Source of the DNA: Deltaproteobacteria bacterium
GTDB taxonomy: Bacteria; Myxococcota_A; Polyangia; JAAYKL01
Direction: 5' to 3'
DNA: 64,000 bases
Assembly (NCBI GenBank): GCA_029565915.1
Contig: JAKQNG010000197.1
Span: forward strand, 12,759 to 76,758
Below the pieces are notes generated by a model. That model saw only the letters and a program-made list of their open reading frames with translations, had not been told where the DNA came from and made no database searches. Positions within the stretch are counted from its first letter, which is position 1, and each line of letters opens with the position of its first letter. Of this stretch, positions 1 through 9,249 are shown piece by piece. The position numbers and the translations under genes are program-made.

Positions 1-155
1 CGATCGGCCTCCATGGCGCGGCGCAGGAAACGGCCATCCCCCAGCAGATGTTCCTGTCCCGCCATGTCTTCGATTCGAGACGGACGCATGCGATCGGCGA
101 GGGGCGTCATCCGGGGATCGCCCTTCACGGCTCTGCTGAACAGGTCTTCACTCAT
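1..155 (-). CDS. rarA: Replication-associated recombination protein A (RarA/MgsA AAA+ ATPase), 5' part; runs off window start
   Basis: Manual translation from ATG at 155: MSEDLFSRAVKGDPRMTPLADRMRPSRIEDMAGQEHLLGDGRFLRRAMEADR; PLADRMRP...GQEHLL is the typical RarA N-terminus. Not in the ORF track. Confidence 0.9.
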   Translation of the reverse strand, partial: MSEDLFSRAVKGDPRMTPLADRMRPSRIEDMAGQEHLLGDGRFLRRAMEAD

Positions 156-192
156 GAAACTCTCCCGCACGGCGGCGGAGGTGTCCCGGAGG

Positions 193-519
193 CTATTTCT
201 TCTTTGCCCGGGAAGGCGTTCGAGAAGGCCGCGCAACCGGTTCCGCGGGAGCCGGCGTCGACTGGACGGATTTCAGTTCGTCCTCCAGGCGACATACAGT
301 GCGCTTCAGCTCATCGATATCGGCGCGCGTGGCGAGTTCCATGAAGCCGGTAATCCGATCCCGGTTGCTGCGGATGCCCTCCGAGACTTTAATGGGCAGG
401 GACATCGCCTTTTCAATCATCACGCCAACCTGCTCGCTCTCCATGGCCTTTGCCACCAGCGGCGAGTTGAGCAGCTTGATGCCCTTTGCCACTACCTTTT
501 CCTTGAGTCCTTCCATCAT
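193..519 (-). CDS. Hypothetical protein with short coiled coil and basic tail (phasin/PhaF-like character)
   Basis: 108 aa; LATRADIDELKRTVCRLEDELK heptad segment followed by a P/A/K/R-rich tail; AAGGTG RBS-like sequence upstream; co-oriented with rarA. Confidence 0.7.
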   Translation of the reverse strand: MMEGLKEKVVAKGIKLLNSPLVAKAMESEQVGVMIEKAMSLPIKVSEGIRSNRDRITGFMELATRADIDELKRTVCRLEDELKSVQSTPAPAEPVARPSRTPSRAKKK

Positions 520-613
520 GATGTCACCTTGTCTTTCCGCTCACAGAATCGTTGGTATCGAACGCAGCGACAAATCTACCGAGTCGGGACCAATGTTGTC
601 AATGGAGAGTTCG

Positions 614-1615
614 CTACAACCCCAGCGGCAGCTGCACTGGTTGATGGCAGCGATGCACAGGAAGCGACGAACGCGCAAACGCCTCCACCATATCCGGACT
701 GCACCCGGGGCCCAGCATGATGGCGGATGCACCGGTACGGCGGGCGAAGGCCACGTATTCCCTGGCGGACTCCGGCGCGCAGAAGGCGAATTGATCACTG
801 TCGTCGCCGACGGCACCGGCCCGGCAAACCCTCACGTCGGCCCGCGTGCGGAACCGCGACACCTGAAAGGCGTGACGCAGAAACAGCACGACGCCGGATG
901 CGGGCCAGAGGCTCTCTTGTCTCAGAATGGCTCCGCTCCCGGACACCAGGGCTCCCGTGTCCCGCAGCATCTCGTAGGCACTGCGATGGGCATGGACGGG
1001 AACGGGCAGTTCGGACAGGATGGACACCACATCGTACAACGCCGTGCGACAGTCGCATACGACGGCAACGGCGATGGCAGACTGCTGTTCCATCACCCAA
1101 CGGACAAATTGCTTTTTCACTGTCCTTGGCGCCATGGTCCGCTCCGGTCGGGAGACCGCATCGAGCAGCAGCAGATCGCAGTGGACATTTACCGACGGTT
1201 CGCCGCTCAGGGGCTGGGACACGCGCAACCCGCCGCAGAATACAATCGTCCGCCCCTGCACGCGGATTTCCAGCATGGCCGAACCGGGGCCCCATCCGGC
1301 CGGCAACAGACGCAGATCCATGCGGCCCAGACGGAAGGGGCGATCATAGTCCACGGCCAGGGTGTCCACGTGGCGACGGCCGGATCGGAGGGCGGCCATC
1401 ACCAGGCCGGTGCCGATGAGGCGGGGCGCGTTGAGGGGCACCGCCTGATCGAGGTGCGCGCAGAAGAGCAATCCCGGATTTCTGGCGCCGACAAAGGCGA
1501 GGGGCGTTCCGGTCAGTTTGAACCCGCCGTCGCAGATGACGCCCCGGGGCAACCGATCCACTGCCTGAATGTCGATTAATTCTTTTGTCTCACCAATGTG
1601 TCGATTTTCGTCCAC
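614..1615 (-). CDS. MBL-fold/beta-CASP-like exonuclease homolog with degenerate metal ligands
   Basis: YDRPFRLGRMDLRLLPAGWGPGSAMLEI...IVFCGG...CDLLLLDA follows the AGHxxGSA..YTGD..DxLxxE pattern of ligase-associated/beta-CASP exonucleases. Start codon uncertain. Confidence 0.7.
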   Translation of the reverse strand: MDENRHIGETKELIDIQAVDRLPRGVICDGGFKLTGTPLAFVGARNPGLLFCAHLDQAVPLNAPRLIGTGLVMAALRSGRRHVDTLAVDYDRPFRLGRMDLRLLPAGWGPGSAMLEIRVQGRTIVFCGGLRVSQPLSGEPSVNVHCDLLLLDAVSRPERTMAPRTVKKQFVRWVMEQQSAIAVAVVCDCRTALYDVVSILSELPVPVHAHRSAYEMLRDTGALVSGSGAILRQESLWPASGVVLFLRHAFQVSRFRTRADVRVCRAGAVGDDSDQFAFCAPESAREYVAFARRTGASAIMLGPGCSPDMVEAFARSSLPVHRCHQPVQLPLGL

Positions 1616-1774
1616 CGGTTTTCAGGCTAGGGAAGCGGCTGGTTATTGTCAAGAGGCGCAAAAAAGGGCCGGAGGCTGCGGTCACGGCGGATTCGAACGA
1701 CGGTTTCCGAGTCGATGATTTCACTCGCGATATCCTGCGTGTCGCTGGATGTACGGGTTGATTGGCGTTTCCGG

Positions 1775-1975
1775 TCAGTCCTGCGGCAGGTACTTTTTTT
1801 GTTGATACCGACGGGCGAAATCCAATCGTTCTTCTTCGGGCAGAGAGGTCATGAATGCCTTCCATCCGGGACACCAGTTGGCGTGCCAGCGCCAGAATCG
1901 GCCCGCAAGGGACCTGGGTGCTGTGTCATACTTTCTTCGGAGGGCACAGGTCCGGCAGTTGTGTTCGTCGCTCAT
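1775..1975 (-). CDS. Small Cys/Trp-rich hypothetical protein
   Basis: 66 aa with CRTC and RFWRWHANWCPGWK; AGGAG RBS upstream; begins 18 nt after the GH3 stop codon. Confidence 0.75.
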   Translation of the reverse strand: MSDEHNCRTCALRRKYDTAPRSLAGRFWRWHANWCPGWKAFMTSLPEEERLDFARRYQQKKYLPQD

Positions 1976-1993
1976 CGGCAGGTCTCCTGTGGG

Positions 1994-3865
1994 CTACCAG
2001 GTCAGGCCGTAACCCAGGGGAAACAGGGGCTGGTCGTCCTTGTCTCCCTCGTTGATGGGAATCTGTTCCATGGCGGCGGGCCAAGAATGGGAAAGCTTTC
2101 CCGTGGGCGCCACATCGCCGAACAGGACATCCGCAATACCGTCCCCTTCGGAGCCGGGAAGCCATGCGGCAATGAAGCCGTCGGCCATGTCGATTTCGTC
2201 GGTGACGATCATCGGCCGTCCCGAGAACAGAATGACAACATAGGGCACGCCACTCTTTTCCATGTTCGCGATGGCCCGTCGATCCCCCTGGTCGAGGTGC
2301 AGGTCATCCCGATCGCCGTGCCATTCCGCATAGGGCATTTCTCCCACCACCACCACTCCCGCATCCGTCCGCCGCGAAATTCCCGAACCATCCAGGCTCC
2401 AGGTCACCCGCGCGCGCTTCTGCAGGGCCGAAAGAACCGTGGTGCCCTCGGTCCGACGTCCTTCGCCGGCCCAGGTCACCGTCCATCCGCCGCACTGGAT
2501 GGTCAAATCGTCGGCGCCGCTGCCGGCTACGTGAATCCGTGCCCCCGGCGTCAGCGGCAGCAGGCCGGCATTTTTCAGCACGACCAGCGACTTCGCCACT
2601 GCTTCCCGGGCCACCTGCCGATGACCGTCACAGCCCACTTTTGCCGTCAGCGCCGGATCCGTTTTCGGTGAATAGCCTTCATCGAACATGCCCATCTCGC
2701 ACTTCACCTGCAGAATTCGCCGCACCGCATCATCCAGCCGTTCCAGAGAAATCCGGTCCGGCACCGCGGACACCACCGCGGCGATGAATTCCCTGTAGCG
2801 ATCGGGCACCATCACCATGTCCACCCCCGCATTAATGGCGGTTTCCACATCCGAGGCAAAGCCGCCGGGCAGATCGTCAATGCCTTCCCAGTCGGAAATG
2901 ACAAACCCGGCGAAGCCCAGCTCGCCTTTCAGCACGTCTGTCAGCAGATGCTTTTCGCCGTGCATTTTTGTTCCCATGTAACTGCTGTAGGACACCATCA
3001 CTGTGCCGGCTCCGGCCGCAATCGCGGGAATGTACTGGTCCACCGCCAGTGCGCGGAACCGGGCCATGTCCAGCCGCACGTCCCCCCGGTCGAGAAATGC
3101 GTTGTCCATGTGTGACGTGCCGTACAGGGTGGCGCCATCGCCGGCGAAATGCTTGATGCTCGCCAGCACTGAGCCGGGGCTCCGCAGGGACGCGCCCTGT
3201 AACCCCTGCACGGCTGCCGTCCCATACAGAGCGGCCAGTTCCGGTGTTTCGCCAAAGGCCTCGTAGGTGCGGCCCCATCGTTCGTCCCGCGCGGCTGCGA
3301 GAACCGGTGCAAACGCCCAGTCCACACCGCTGCCGCGGGTTTCCAGTGCGGTGACCCGCGCGGCTTTTCGCACCAGGTCGGGATCTCCCGTGCACCCCAG
3401 ACCGATGTTGTGAGGGAATACCACCGCACCCGTGCTCTTGGCGTTTCCGTGCACGGCGTCGATGCCGAACAGCAGGGGAATGCCGGGTTCGGAGCGCAGG
3501 GCGATTTTTCTGACTTCATCGATCCAGGCAGCCCAGGCACCGGCGCTCAAATCGGTTCCGGGAAAATCCGTGCCGCCGGCCAGCATGGAACCGATGGCAT
3601 AGCGGGCCAGATCTTCCTTGTCCGTCAGATAACGCATGGCAACCTGGGTCATCTGACCCGCCTTCTGTTCGGTCGTCAGTCGGGCGAGGACCGATGCGGC
3701 CGTTTCCTTGCAGGCCGGGGACGGCGACCACGGTCCGTCACGCAAAGGAGACGGGAGTTCGTCTGCGAAGGGCGTCGTTGGCGCAGGCGACGGCTGCGTC
3801 CCGGGATTCGCACCACAGGACAGACACAGCAGGGACAGGAGTACAGCGGGGCGGATCAGGAACAT
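1994..3865 (-). CDS. Glycoside hydrolase family 3 beta-glucosidase, lipoprotein
   Basis: GIDAVHG, RDERWGRTYE, KHFAGDG, ISDW nucleophile, AWLPGSEG, PLFPLGYGL; lipobox LCLSC. Start re-assigned to ATG 3865, overlapping the nrdJ stop. Confidence 0.93.
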   Translation of the reverse strand: MFLIRPAVLLSLLCLSCGANPGTQPSPAPTTPFADELPSPLRDGPWSPSPACKETAASVLARLTTEQKAGQMTQVAMRYLTDKEDLARYAIGSMLAGGTDFPGTDLSAGAWAAWIDEVRKIALRSEPGIPLLFGIDAVHGNAKSTGAVVFPHNIGLGCTGDPDLVRKAARVTALETRGSGVDWAFAPVLAAARDERWGRTYEAFGETPELAALYGTAAVQGLQGASLRSPGSVLASIKHFAGDGATLYGTSHMDNAFLDRGDVRLDMARFRALAVDQYIPAIAAGAGTVMVSYSSYMGTKMHGEKHLLTDVLKGELGFAGFVISDWEGIDDLPGGFASDVETAINAGVDMVMVPDRYREFIAAVVSAVPDRISLERLDDAVRRILQVKCEMGMFDEGYSPKTDPALTAKVGCDGHRQVAREAVAKSLVVLKNAGLLPLTPGARIHVAGSGADDLTIQCGGWTVTWAGEGRRTEGTTVLSALQKRARVTWSLDGSGISRRTDAGVVVVGEMPYAEWHGDRDDLHLDQGDRRAIANMEKSGVPYVVILFSGRPMIVTDEIDMADGFIAAWLPGSEGDGIADVLFGDVAPTGKLSHSWPAAMEQIPINEGDKDDQPLFPLGYGLTW

Positions 3866-6624
3866 CCGGAGGTGGAGCCGCAGTTGATGCAGCGGTGACA
3901 GGCACCGTTGCGCACCATGATGGAACCGCATTCCGGGCAGGGAGGGGCATCGACTTCCGTCTGGAATCCCACCAGCGACGTGGGGGACCCCGGCCCGAGG
4001 CTGTCCGTTTCAACCGATGGCGCGGACACGGGCGCCGGCGGCAGGCTGGTCAGTCCGCCATTCTGTATGAACCGCCGTCCGTCTGCCTTCTGGAACTTCA
4101 GATCCAGCCAGCGGAAGATGTAGTCCATGATCGATTTTGCAATGGGGATTTCCGGGTTTCTTGTGATGCCGGAGGGCTCAAACCGGGTGTGACAGAATTT
4201 GTCCACCAGGACCGACAGGGGCACGCCGTACTGCAGCGCCAGGGAAATCGCCGTGGCAAATGAATCCATGAGTCCCGAGACCACGGATCCTTCCTTGGCC
4301 ATGCGGATGAAAATTTCGCCCACCTGACCGTCTTCGTACAGCCCGGCGGTGATGTAGCCTTCGTGACCGGAGATGTCGAACTTGTGGGTGATGCTCTGCC
4401 GCTCATCGGGGAGCCTTCTGCGCCGCATGCCCGGCTCAATGGCAAAGCCCACGGGCGGCCTGGAAGCGGTTTTCGCGGTCGCGGAGGTGTTGAGGGGTTG
4501 CGTGCGCTTGGAACCATCCCGGTAGATGGCGATGGCCTTGAGACCCAGCTTCCACGCATCCGTATAGATGCGGAAGATGTCGTCCGGCGTGGCCTCCGTG
4601 GGAACGTTCACGGTCTTGGAAATGGCGCCGGAGATGAACGGCTGCACGGCGGCCATCATGCGGACGTGTCCTTCGGGCGCGATGCACCGCTTTCCGTTGG
4701 AAGCCTTGAAGGCGCAGTCGAAGACGGGCAGGTGCTCGTCGTTCAGTCCCGGTGCGCCTTCGATGGTGCCCTTCGCGTCGATGTGGTTGATGATGGCCTC
4801 GATTTCCGCATCGTCATAACCGAGTCGCTCCAGTGCCGCGGTAACCGAGTTGTTCACAATTTTCAGGACGCCGCCGCCGACGAGGCTCTTGTACTTCACA
4901 AGGGCGATATCCGGTTCCACGCCGGTGGTATCGCAGTCCATCATGAAGGCAATGGTGCCCGTGGGGGCCAGCACTGTGGTCTGCGCGTTGCGGAAACCGT
5001 GGCGGGAGCCCATGGAAATGGCCCCGTCCCAGACGTCCCGCGCCGCCTCCAGCATCCATGGGGACGCCAGCTCCTCGTCAATGTCGTCCACGGCTTCCCG
5101 GTGCATCCGCATCACTTCGAGCATGGATTCCGCATTGGGCGTGTACTCGGAGAAGGGTCCGATGGCCGAGGCCATGCGGGTGGACTGGGCGTAGGCCTCA
5201 CCGGTCATGAGCGCCGAAATCCCCGCCGCGTATGCCCTTCCCGCATCGCTGTCGTAGGGAATGCCGCGCCGCATGAGCAGGGCGCCCAGGTTCGCATATC
5301 CCAGCCCCAGAGGCCGGAACAGGTGGCTGTTCTTTTCGATGCGCGCCGTCGGGTACTGGGCGTTGTCCACAAAGATATCCTGCGCCGTAATCATGATGTC
5401 GATTACATGCTTGAACAAATCAATATCAAATTCGCCTTCTTCCGTAATGTACCGCATCAGGTTGAGCGAGGCGAGGTTGCAGGCGGAGTTGTCGAGGAAC
5501 ATGTATTCAGAGCAGGGGTTGGACGCATTGATGCGACCGGAGGCCTTGCAGGTGTGCCAGCGATTGCAGGCGTCGTCGAACTGCATGCCCGGATCCCCGC
5601 AGAGGTGAGTGGCTTCGGCGATGTCCTTCATGACCTCTTTTGCCTGCAGGGTTTCCATTGGTCGACCGTCCTTGACGGAAAGGGTCTGGTATTCCCTGTT
5701 TTCCACCACTGCATGCATGAAGTCGTCGGACGCGCGAACGGAATTGTTGGAGTTCTGAAAAAAAACAGAGCTGTAGGCCTCTCCGTTGATGTCGCCGCTG
5801 TAGCCGGCATCGATGAGATCCCATGCCTTCTTTTCTTCATGCACCTTGCAGTTTACGAATTCGCGGATGTCCGGATGGTTGGCGTTGAGAATAACCATCT
5901 TTGCCGCCCGACGGGTCTTCCCGCCGCTCTTTATCACGCCGGCAAAGGAGTCGAATCCGCGCATGAACGATACGGGACCGGAGGCCATGCCTCCCGAAGA
6001 GAGCTGTTCTCTGGATGATCGAATGGTGGAGAAGTTCGTTCCCGAGCCGGAACCGCCCTTGAACAGGTGCGCTTCCGTGGCGGCGAGTTCCATGATGGAT
6101 TCCATGGTGTCGTCCACGGAATTGATGAAACATGCGGAGGCCTGTGGGTGGGGATCGATGCCCACGTTGAACCACACGGGACTGTTGAATGTGGCCATCT
6201 GATGCAACAGGATGTGCGTCAACTCGGCTTCGAAAGTTTCCGCATCGTGCTCGGAGGAAAAATAGCCGTCCTTGCGACCCCACGTGCAGATGCAGCCCAC
6301 CACGCGATTGATGATCTCGCGGACGGATTTTTCCCGTTCCTGCACATCCGATTTGCTGCGGAAATATTTGGACACCACCACGTTCGTGGCCAGCTGGCTC
6401 CAGAATGAGGGAATTTCCACATCATTGGCATCAAGGATCTTTTCGCCCTTGTCATTGGTGATGCTCGCGTGTCGCAGTTCCCACTTCACCTGATCGTAGG
6501 GATGCTCTCCCACCCGGGTGAGAACACGGGAAAACTTGAGTCCTCCTCCCGCATGAAGAGCCGTCCGTTTCAGTTTCTCCATCTGTCCGTCTTTTCTGGG
6601 TCTGGTCTGCTGTATGGTGCTCAT
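3856..6624 (-). CDS. nrdJ: Vitamin B12-dependent (class II) ribonucleotide reductase with C-terminal TSCPD-like domain and Zn ribbon
   Basis: FNSPVWFN, SACFI, GGKTRRAAKM, ASNPCSEY catalytic motif, APTGTI, SGAISKTVN; ends CPECG...CINCGSTSGCS. Confidence 0.97.
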   Translation of the reverse strand: MSTIQQTRPRKDGQMEKLKRTALHAGGGLKFSRVLTRVGEHPYDQVKWELRHASITNDKGEKILDANDVEIPSFWSQLATNVVVSKYFRSKSDVQEREKSVREIINRVVGCICTWGRKDGYFSSEHDAETFEAELTHILLHQMATFNSPVWFNVGIDPHPQASACFINSVDDTMESIMELAATEAHLFKGGSGSGTNFSTIRSSREQLSSGGMASGPVSFMRGFDSFAGVIKSGGKTRRAAKMVILNANHPDIREFVNCKVHEEKKAWDLIDAGYSGDINGEAYSSVFFQNSNNSVRASDDFMHAVVENREYQTLSVKDGRPMETLQAKEVMKDIAEATHLCGDPGMQFDDACNRWHTCKASGRINASNPCSEYMFLDNSACNLASLNLMRYITEEGEFDIDLFKHVIDIMITAQDIFVDNAQYPTARIEKNSHLFRPLGLGYANLGALLMRRGIPYDSDAGRAYAAGISALMTGEAYAQSTRMASAIGPFSEYTPNAESMLEVMRMHREAVDDIDEELASPWMLEAARDVWDGAISMGSRHGFRNAQTTVLAPTGTIAFMMDCDTTGVEPDIALVKYKSLVGGGVLKIVNNSVTAALERLGYDDAEIEAIINHIDAKGTIEGAPGLNDEHLPVFDCAFKASNGKRCIAPEGHVRMMAAVQPFISGAISKTVNVPTEATPDDIFRIYTDAWKLGLKAIAIYRDGSKRTQPLNTSATAKTASRPPVGFAIEPGMRRRRLPDERQSITHKFDISGHEGYITAGLYEDGQVGEIFIRMAKEGSVVSGLMDSFATAISLALQYGVPLSVLVDKFCHTRFEPSGITRNPEIPIAKSIMDYIFRWLDLKFQKADGRRFIQNGGLTSLPPAPVSAPSVETDSLGPGSPTSLVGFQTEVDAPPCPECGSIMVRNGACHRCINCGSTSGCS

Positions 6625-6796
6625 CCTCGACTCCTGAAAAAGGCCCGTTCATCCATGCGATTAACGCCCAATCGCCCGATTTTGACAAAACCGGTCCGAA
6701 AACCGATTGAATTACAGGCCCATTGTGAAAAAAGTTGTTCAGTGTTTGACGCACCATGGTTTGTGCGGCATTCGAAACCTGAAGTCAAGAATTTTG

Positions 6797-6843
6797 ACAC
6801 AATATGTTGGGTTTCAGTTTCCCTGAAAACCCATATATTGTGC
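6797..6843. promoter_or_regulatory. Tandem NrdR boxes upstream of nrdJ
   Basis: ACACAATATGTTGGGT (6797-6812) and AACCCATATATTGTGC (6828-6843) match the acaCwAtATaTwGtgt consensus; 31 bp start-to-start spacing. Confidence 0.88.
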
Positions 6844-6865
6844 CTGACTGGACGCATCTCCAGTC

Positions 6866-6939
6866 TTTCCCACAGGTTACCCACACTTTCTTCCACTGTT
6901 TCCCCCACTGAACAGACTGTTATCCACAGTTCCTCCCCA
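6866..6939 (+). promoter_or_regulatory. Cluster of DnaA boxes
   Basis: Perfect TTATCCACA at 6920-6928; same-orientation variants TTTCCCACA 6866, TTACCCACA 6877, TCTTCCACT 6889, TCCCCCACT 6901, TCCTCCCCA 6931. Confidence 0.72.
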
Positions 6940-7035
6940 TTCATATACTTCTGTTCAGCTGCCGTGAGCATTCGCCCGGAAGGATGTTTTTGCCGGTTTT
7001 TTGCGCCCCCGGGTCCGTCCCTTTATATAGAAATC

Positions 7036-7794
7036 ATGCCGATAACGAAACCATCAACCAACTCTGACATACCGCTCATCCGCCTCGAACGGGTGAGCCG
7101 CTTCTTTCGACCCGACAAGCCGGCGCTGTTCGATGTTTCCTTCGACATTGCCCGGGGCGAATTCCTTTACATCACCGGGGCATCCGGCGCAGGGAAGAGC
7201 ACCCTGCTGAAGCTCATTCACCTGTCGGAGCCGCCGGATACAGGAGCTGTTTTCGTGAACGGCCACGATGTGGCCACCCTTCGCGCGGGCGCCGTGTCGG
7301 TGCTGCGCCGTTCCATGGGCGTGGTGTTTCAGGATTTCCACCTCATCGGCGACCTCACCGTGGGCGCCAACATCGGCCTGTCCCTCGAAGTGCTGGGCGT
7401 CTCGCCGTCCTTCATCGCTCGCCGCATCCGGGAGGTCCTCGCGGAAGTGGGTCTCGAAGACATGGAGGATGAAATCGCCGGCTCCCTGTCCGGCGGGGAG
7501 CAGCAACGGGTGGCGGTGGCCCGGGCCCTGGCACCCCGGCCCCAGCTCATTCTCGCGGATGAACCCACGGGAAGCCTCGATGCGTACAGCGCGGACTTCA
7601 TCCTCGACCTGCTCGAAACTGTCAACGGGAACGGCGCCACGGTGGTGGTTGCCACGCATGATCGCATGCTGATGGCCGCGCGACCCCACCGGATTCTCGC
7701 GCTGGATGCCGGACGGCTCGTCGGTATGTCACCGCGCCAGAAAGCCGCTTCCGGCCATGGTCAGCCGGACGCCGGCGTCAAAGAGGTTGGATGA
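7036..7794 (+). CDS. ftsE: Cell division ABC ATPase FtsE
   Basis: GASGAGKST, VVFQDF, LSGGEQQRVAVARA, ILADEPTG, VVATHD; followed by ftsX. Start re-assigned to ATG 7036. Confidence 0.9.
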   Translation: MPITKPSTNSDIPLIRLERVSRFFRPDKPALFDVSFDIARGEFLYITGASGAGKSTLLKLIHLSEPPDTGAVFVNGHDVATLRAGAVSVLRRSMGVVFQDFHLIGDLTVGANIGLSLEVLGVSPSFIARRIREVLAEVGLEDMEDEIAGSLSGGEQQRVAVARALAPRPQLILADEPTGSLDAYSADFILDLLETVNGNGATVVVATHDRMLMAARPHRILALDAGRLVGMSPRQKAASGHGQPDAGVKEVG

Positions 7795-7795
7795 C

Positions 7796-8713
7796 ATGGA
7801 AGCAAAACCCACAGGACAGTTCATTTATCGCGCGGCGCACATCCTGCTGCGCGCCACCGGCGGTATCCGCCGTCGACCATGGCTCCACCTGCTGTCCACG
7901 CTCACGCTGGCAGCGGCGTTTCTCAGCTTCGCCGCCACGCTGACCGTGGCCCGCAACCTGAACCATCTCATCGACCGGTGGGTGGGGAATTCCGAAATGA
8001 CGGTGTACCTGAAGGACACATCAACGGCGGATCTGGAGCGACTGCGCAACGCAATTGCCGCCATCGATGGCGTGGAACGGGTCGAGGTGATTCGACCGTC
8101 CGCGGCGAGACAGAATTTTGCCCGGGATCTGGGGGCCTTCGGCGATCTGGGCGCCACCCTTCCCGAAGCGGCCTTCCCCGCTTCCATCGACATTCATCTG
8201 TCTCGGCGCCTCGCGGACAACGACCGGGAGCGCCATGCGCTGTCCGCGCGCCTGTCGAAGGTGCACATGGTGGAGGAAGTGGAGGTCTACGACGACTGGT
8301 TCAAGCGATTGTCCGCCATGAGTACCATGGGCCGCACGGCCTCGTGGGGGCTGGGCATCCTCGCGGCCATCGTTGCCATCCTGGTCGTCGCTGCCACGGT
8401 CCGCACGGGCGTGGCGGCACGGCGCAAGGAAATTGCCGTGCTGCGGCTCGTCGGAGCCACCGAAACCTATGTGCGGACGCCGTTTCTCATCGAGGGAGGC
8501 ATCGAAGCGGCCATTGCCATGGGGATTGCACTGTTCTGCCTCCAGCAGATGATGAATCACGTGGACGCCGTTGTGGGAGGCATCATGCCGCTGCTCGGCG
8601 GAGGGCGCATTCTACGATTGGAGTCCACCTGGCTGCTGTTCATGGTGGTCGGCGGCCTGCTGGCGGGACTGGTTGGCGCGCGGTTGTCCCTGCGGCGTCT
8701 GGAGGAAGCATGA
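7796..8713 (+). CDS. ftsX: Cell division permease FtsX
   Basis: TM1, extracytoplasmic domain, then RRKEIAVLRLVGATETYVRTPFLIEG FtsX signature; directly after ftsE. Confidence 0.9.
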   Translation: MEAKPTGQFIYRAAHILLRATGGIRRRPWLHLLSTLTLAAAFLSFAATLTVARNLNHLIDRWVGNSEMTVYLKDTSTADLERLRNAIAAIDGVERVEVIRPSAARQNFARDLGAFGDLGATLPEAAFPASIDIHLSRRLADNDRERHALSARLSKVHMVEEVEVYDDWFKRLSAMSTMGRTASWGLGILAAIVAILVVAATVRTGVAARRKEIAVLRLVGATETYVRTPFLIEGGIEAAIAMGIALFCLQQMMNHVDAVVGGIMPLLGGGRILRLESTWLLFMVVGGLLAGLVGARLSLRRLEEA

Positions 8714-9249
8714 GGCGGGCATGGTGGCTGGCGATGGTGCTGTTTCTGGTCGGCATCCCGGCGGCCCGGGCCGGGGAACTCATCTGGGTCACAGACGAGG
8801 AAATCACCGCCGAACTGGCCTCCCGGCAGAACGATCTGGTCCGCACCACCTCCCGCATTGAACAGCTGGGTGAGCGGCGGGATGCCCTGCGCCGGGAAAT
8901 CGACATCATCACCGCCGACCTGGCGTCCATCGACAACCGGCTGACCGCCCGGATTTCGATGCTCTACCGCCTGTCCCGCAATGGACGAAGCCTGCAATAC
9001 CTCGTTGCGTCCAGTTCAGCCATTGAATTTCTGAAGCGAATGGCCACTCTGCGCCGGCTGATCACGTCCGAGCTCGAAGCGCGACGGGAGGTCAGTCTCG
9101 CCCTGTCGAGGACCATGGACGAAGCGGTACAGGTGGAAACCGAAATGACCGGTGCGGTCCGTTTCTGCGAAGAGCTGCAGCTGGCCATCGACGAACTGAC
9201 ACTGGAGCTGGCCGGCCGCACATCGGGAACGACGACCCGTCATTCATGA
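8710..9249 (+). CDS. Secreted coiled-coil protein (EnvC/PcsB N-terminal-like) lacking a C-terminal peptidase domain
   Basis: ATGA overlap with the ftsX stop; signal peptide MRRAWWLAMVLFLVGIPAARA; coiled coil with RISMLYRLSRNG..LQYLVASSSAIEFLKR; only 179 aa. Confidence 0.72.
   Translation: MRRAWWLAMVLFLVGIPAARAGELIWVTDEEITAELASRQNDLVRTTSRIEQLGERRDALRREIDIITADLASIDNRLTARISMLYRLSRNGRSLQYLVASSSAIEFLKRMATLRRLITSELEARREVSLALSRTMDEAVQVETEMTGAVRFCEELQLAIDELTLELAGRTSGTTTRHS

Noticed and set aside
4363..6018. 551-aa plus-strand ORF (similar long ORFs at 299-1579, 14566-16152, 48251-49879, 55799-58045)
   Set aside because: Antisense shadows of well-supported genes; expected from high-GC codon bias; no recognisable motifs.
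3856..6624. Intein or intron in nrdJ
   Set aside because: Motifs are contiguous, length is ordinary, and no intein splice or homing-endonuclease motifs were seen.
6625..7035. Cobalamin riboswitch upstream of nrdJ, or oriC
   Set aside because: No B12-box or AGGGAA..GGTG..GCCCCCGC core seen. oriC not called because there is no dnaA/dnaN context and no clear unwinding element; reported only as a DnaA-box cluster.
6469..7035. N-terminal extension of FtsE in the ORF track (similar extensions for GH3, CBM-PL1, ComEA, tgt, FlhG-like)
   Set aside because: Extensions cross regulatory DNA or neighbouring genes; downstream starts fit RBS, signal peptides or family N-termini better.
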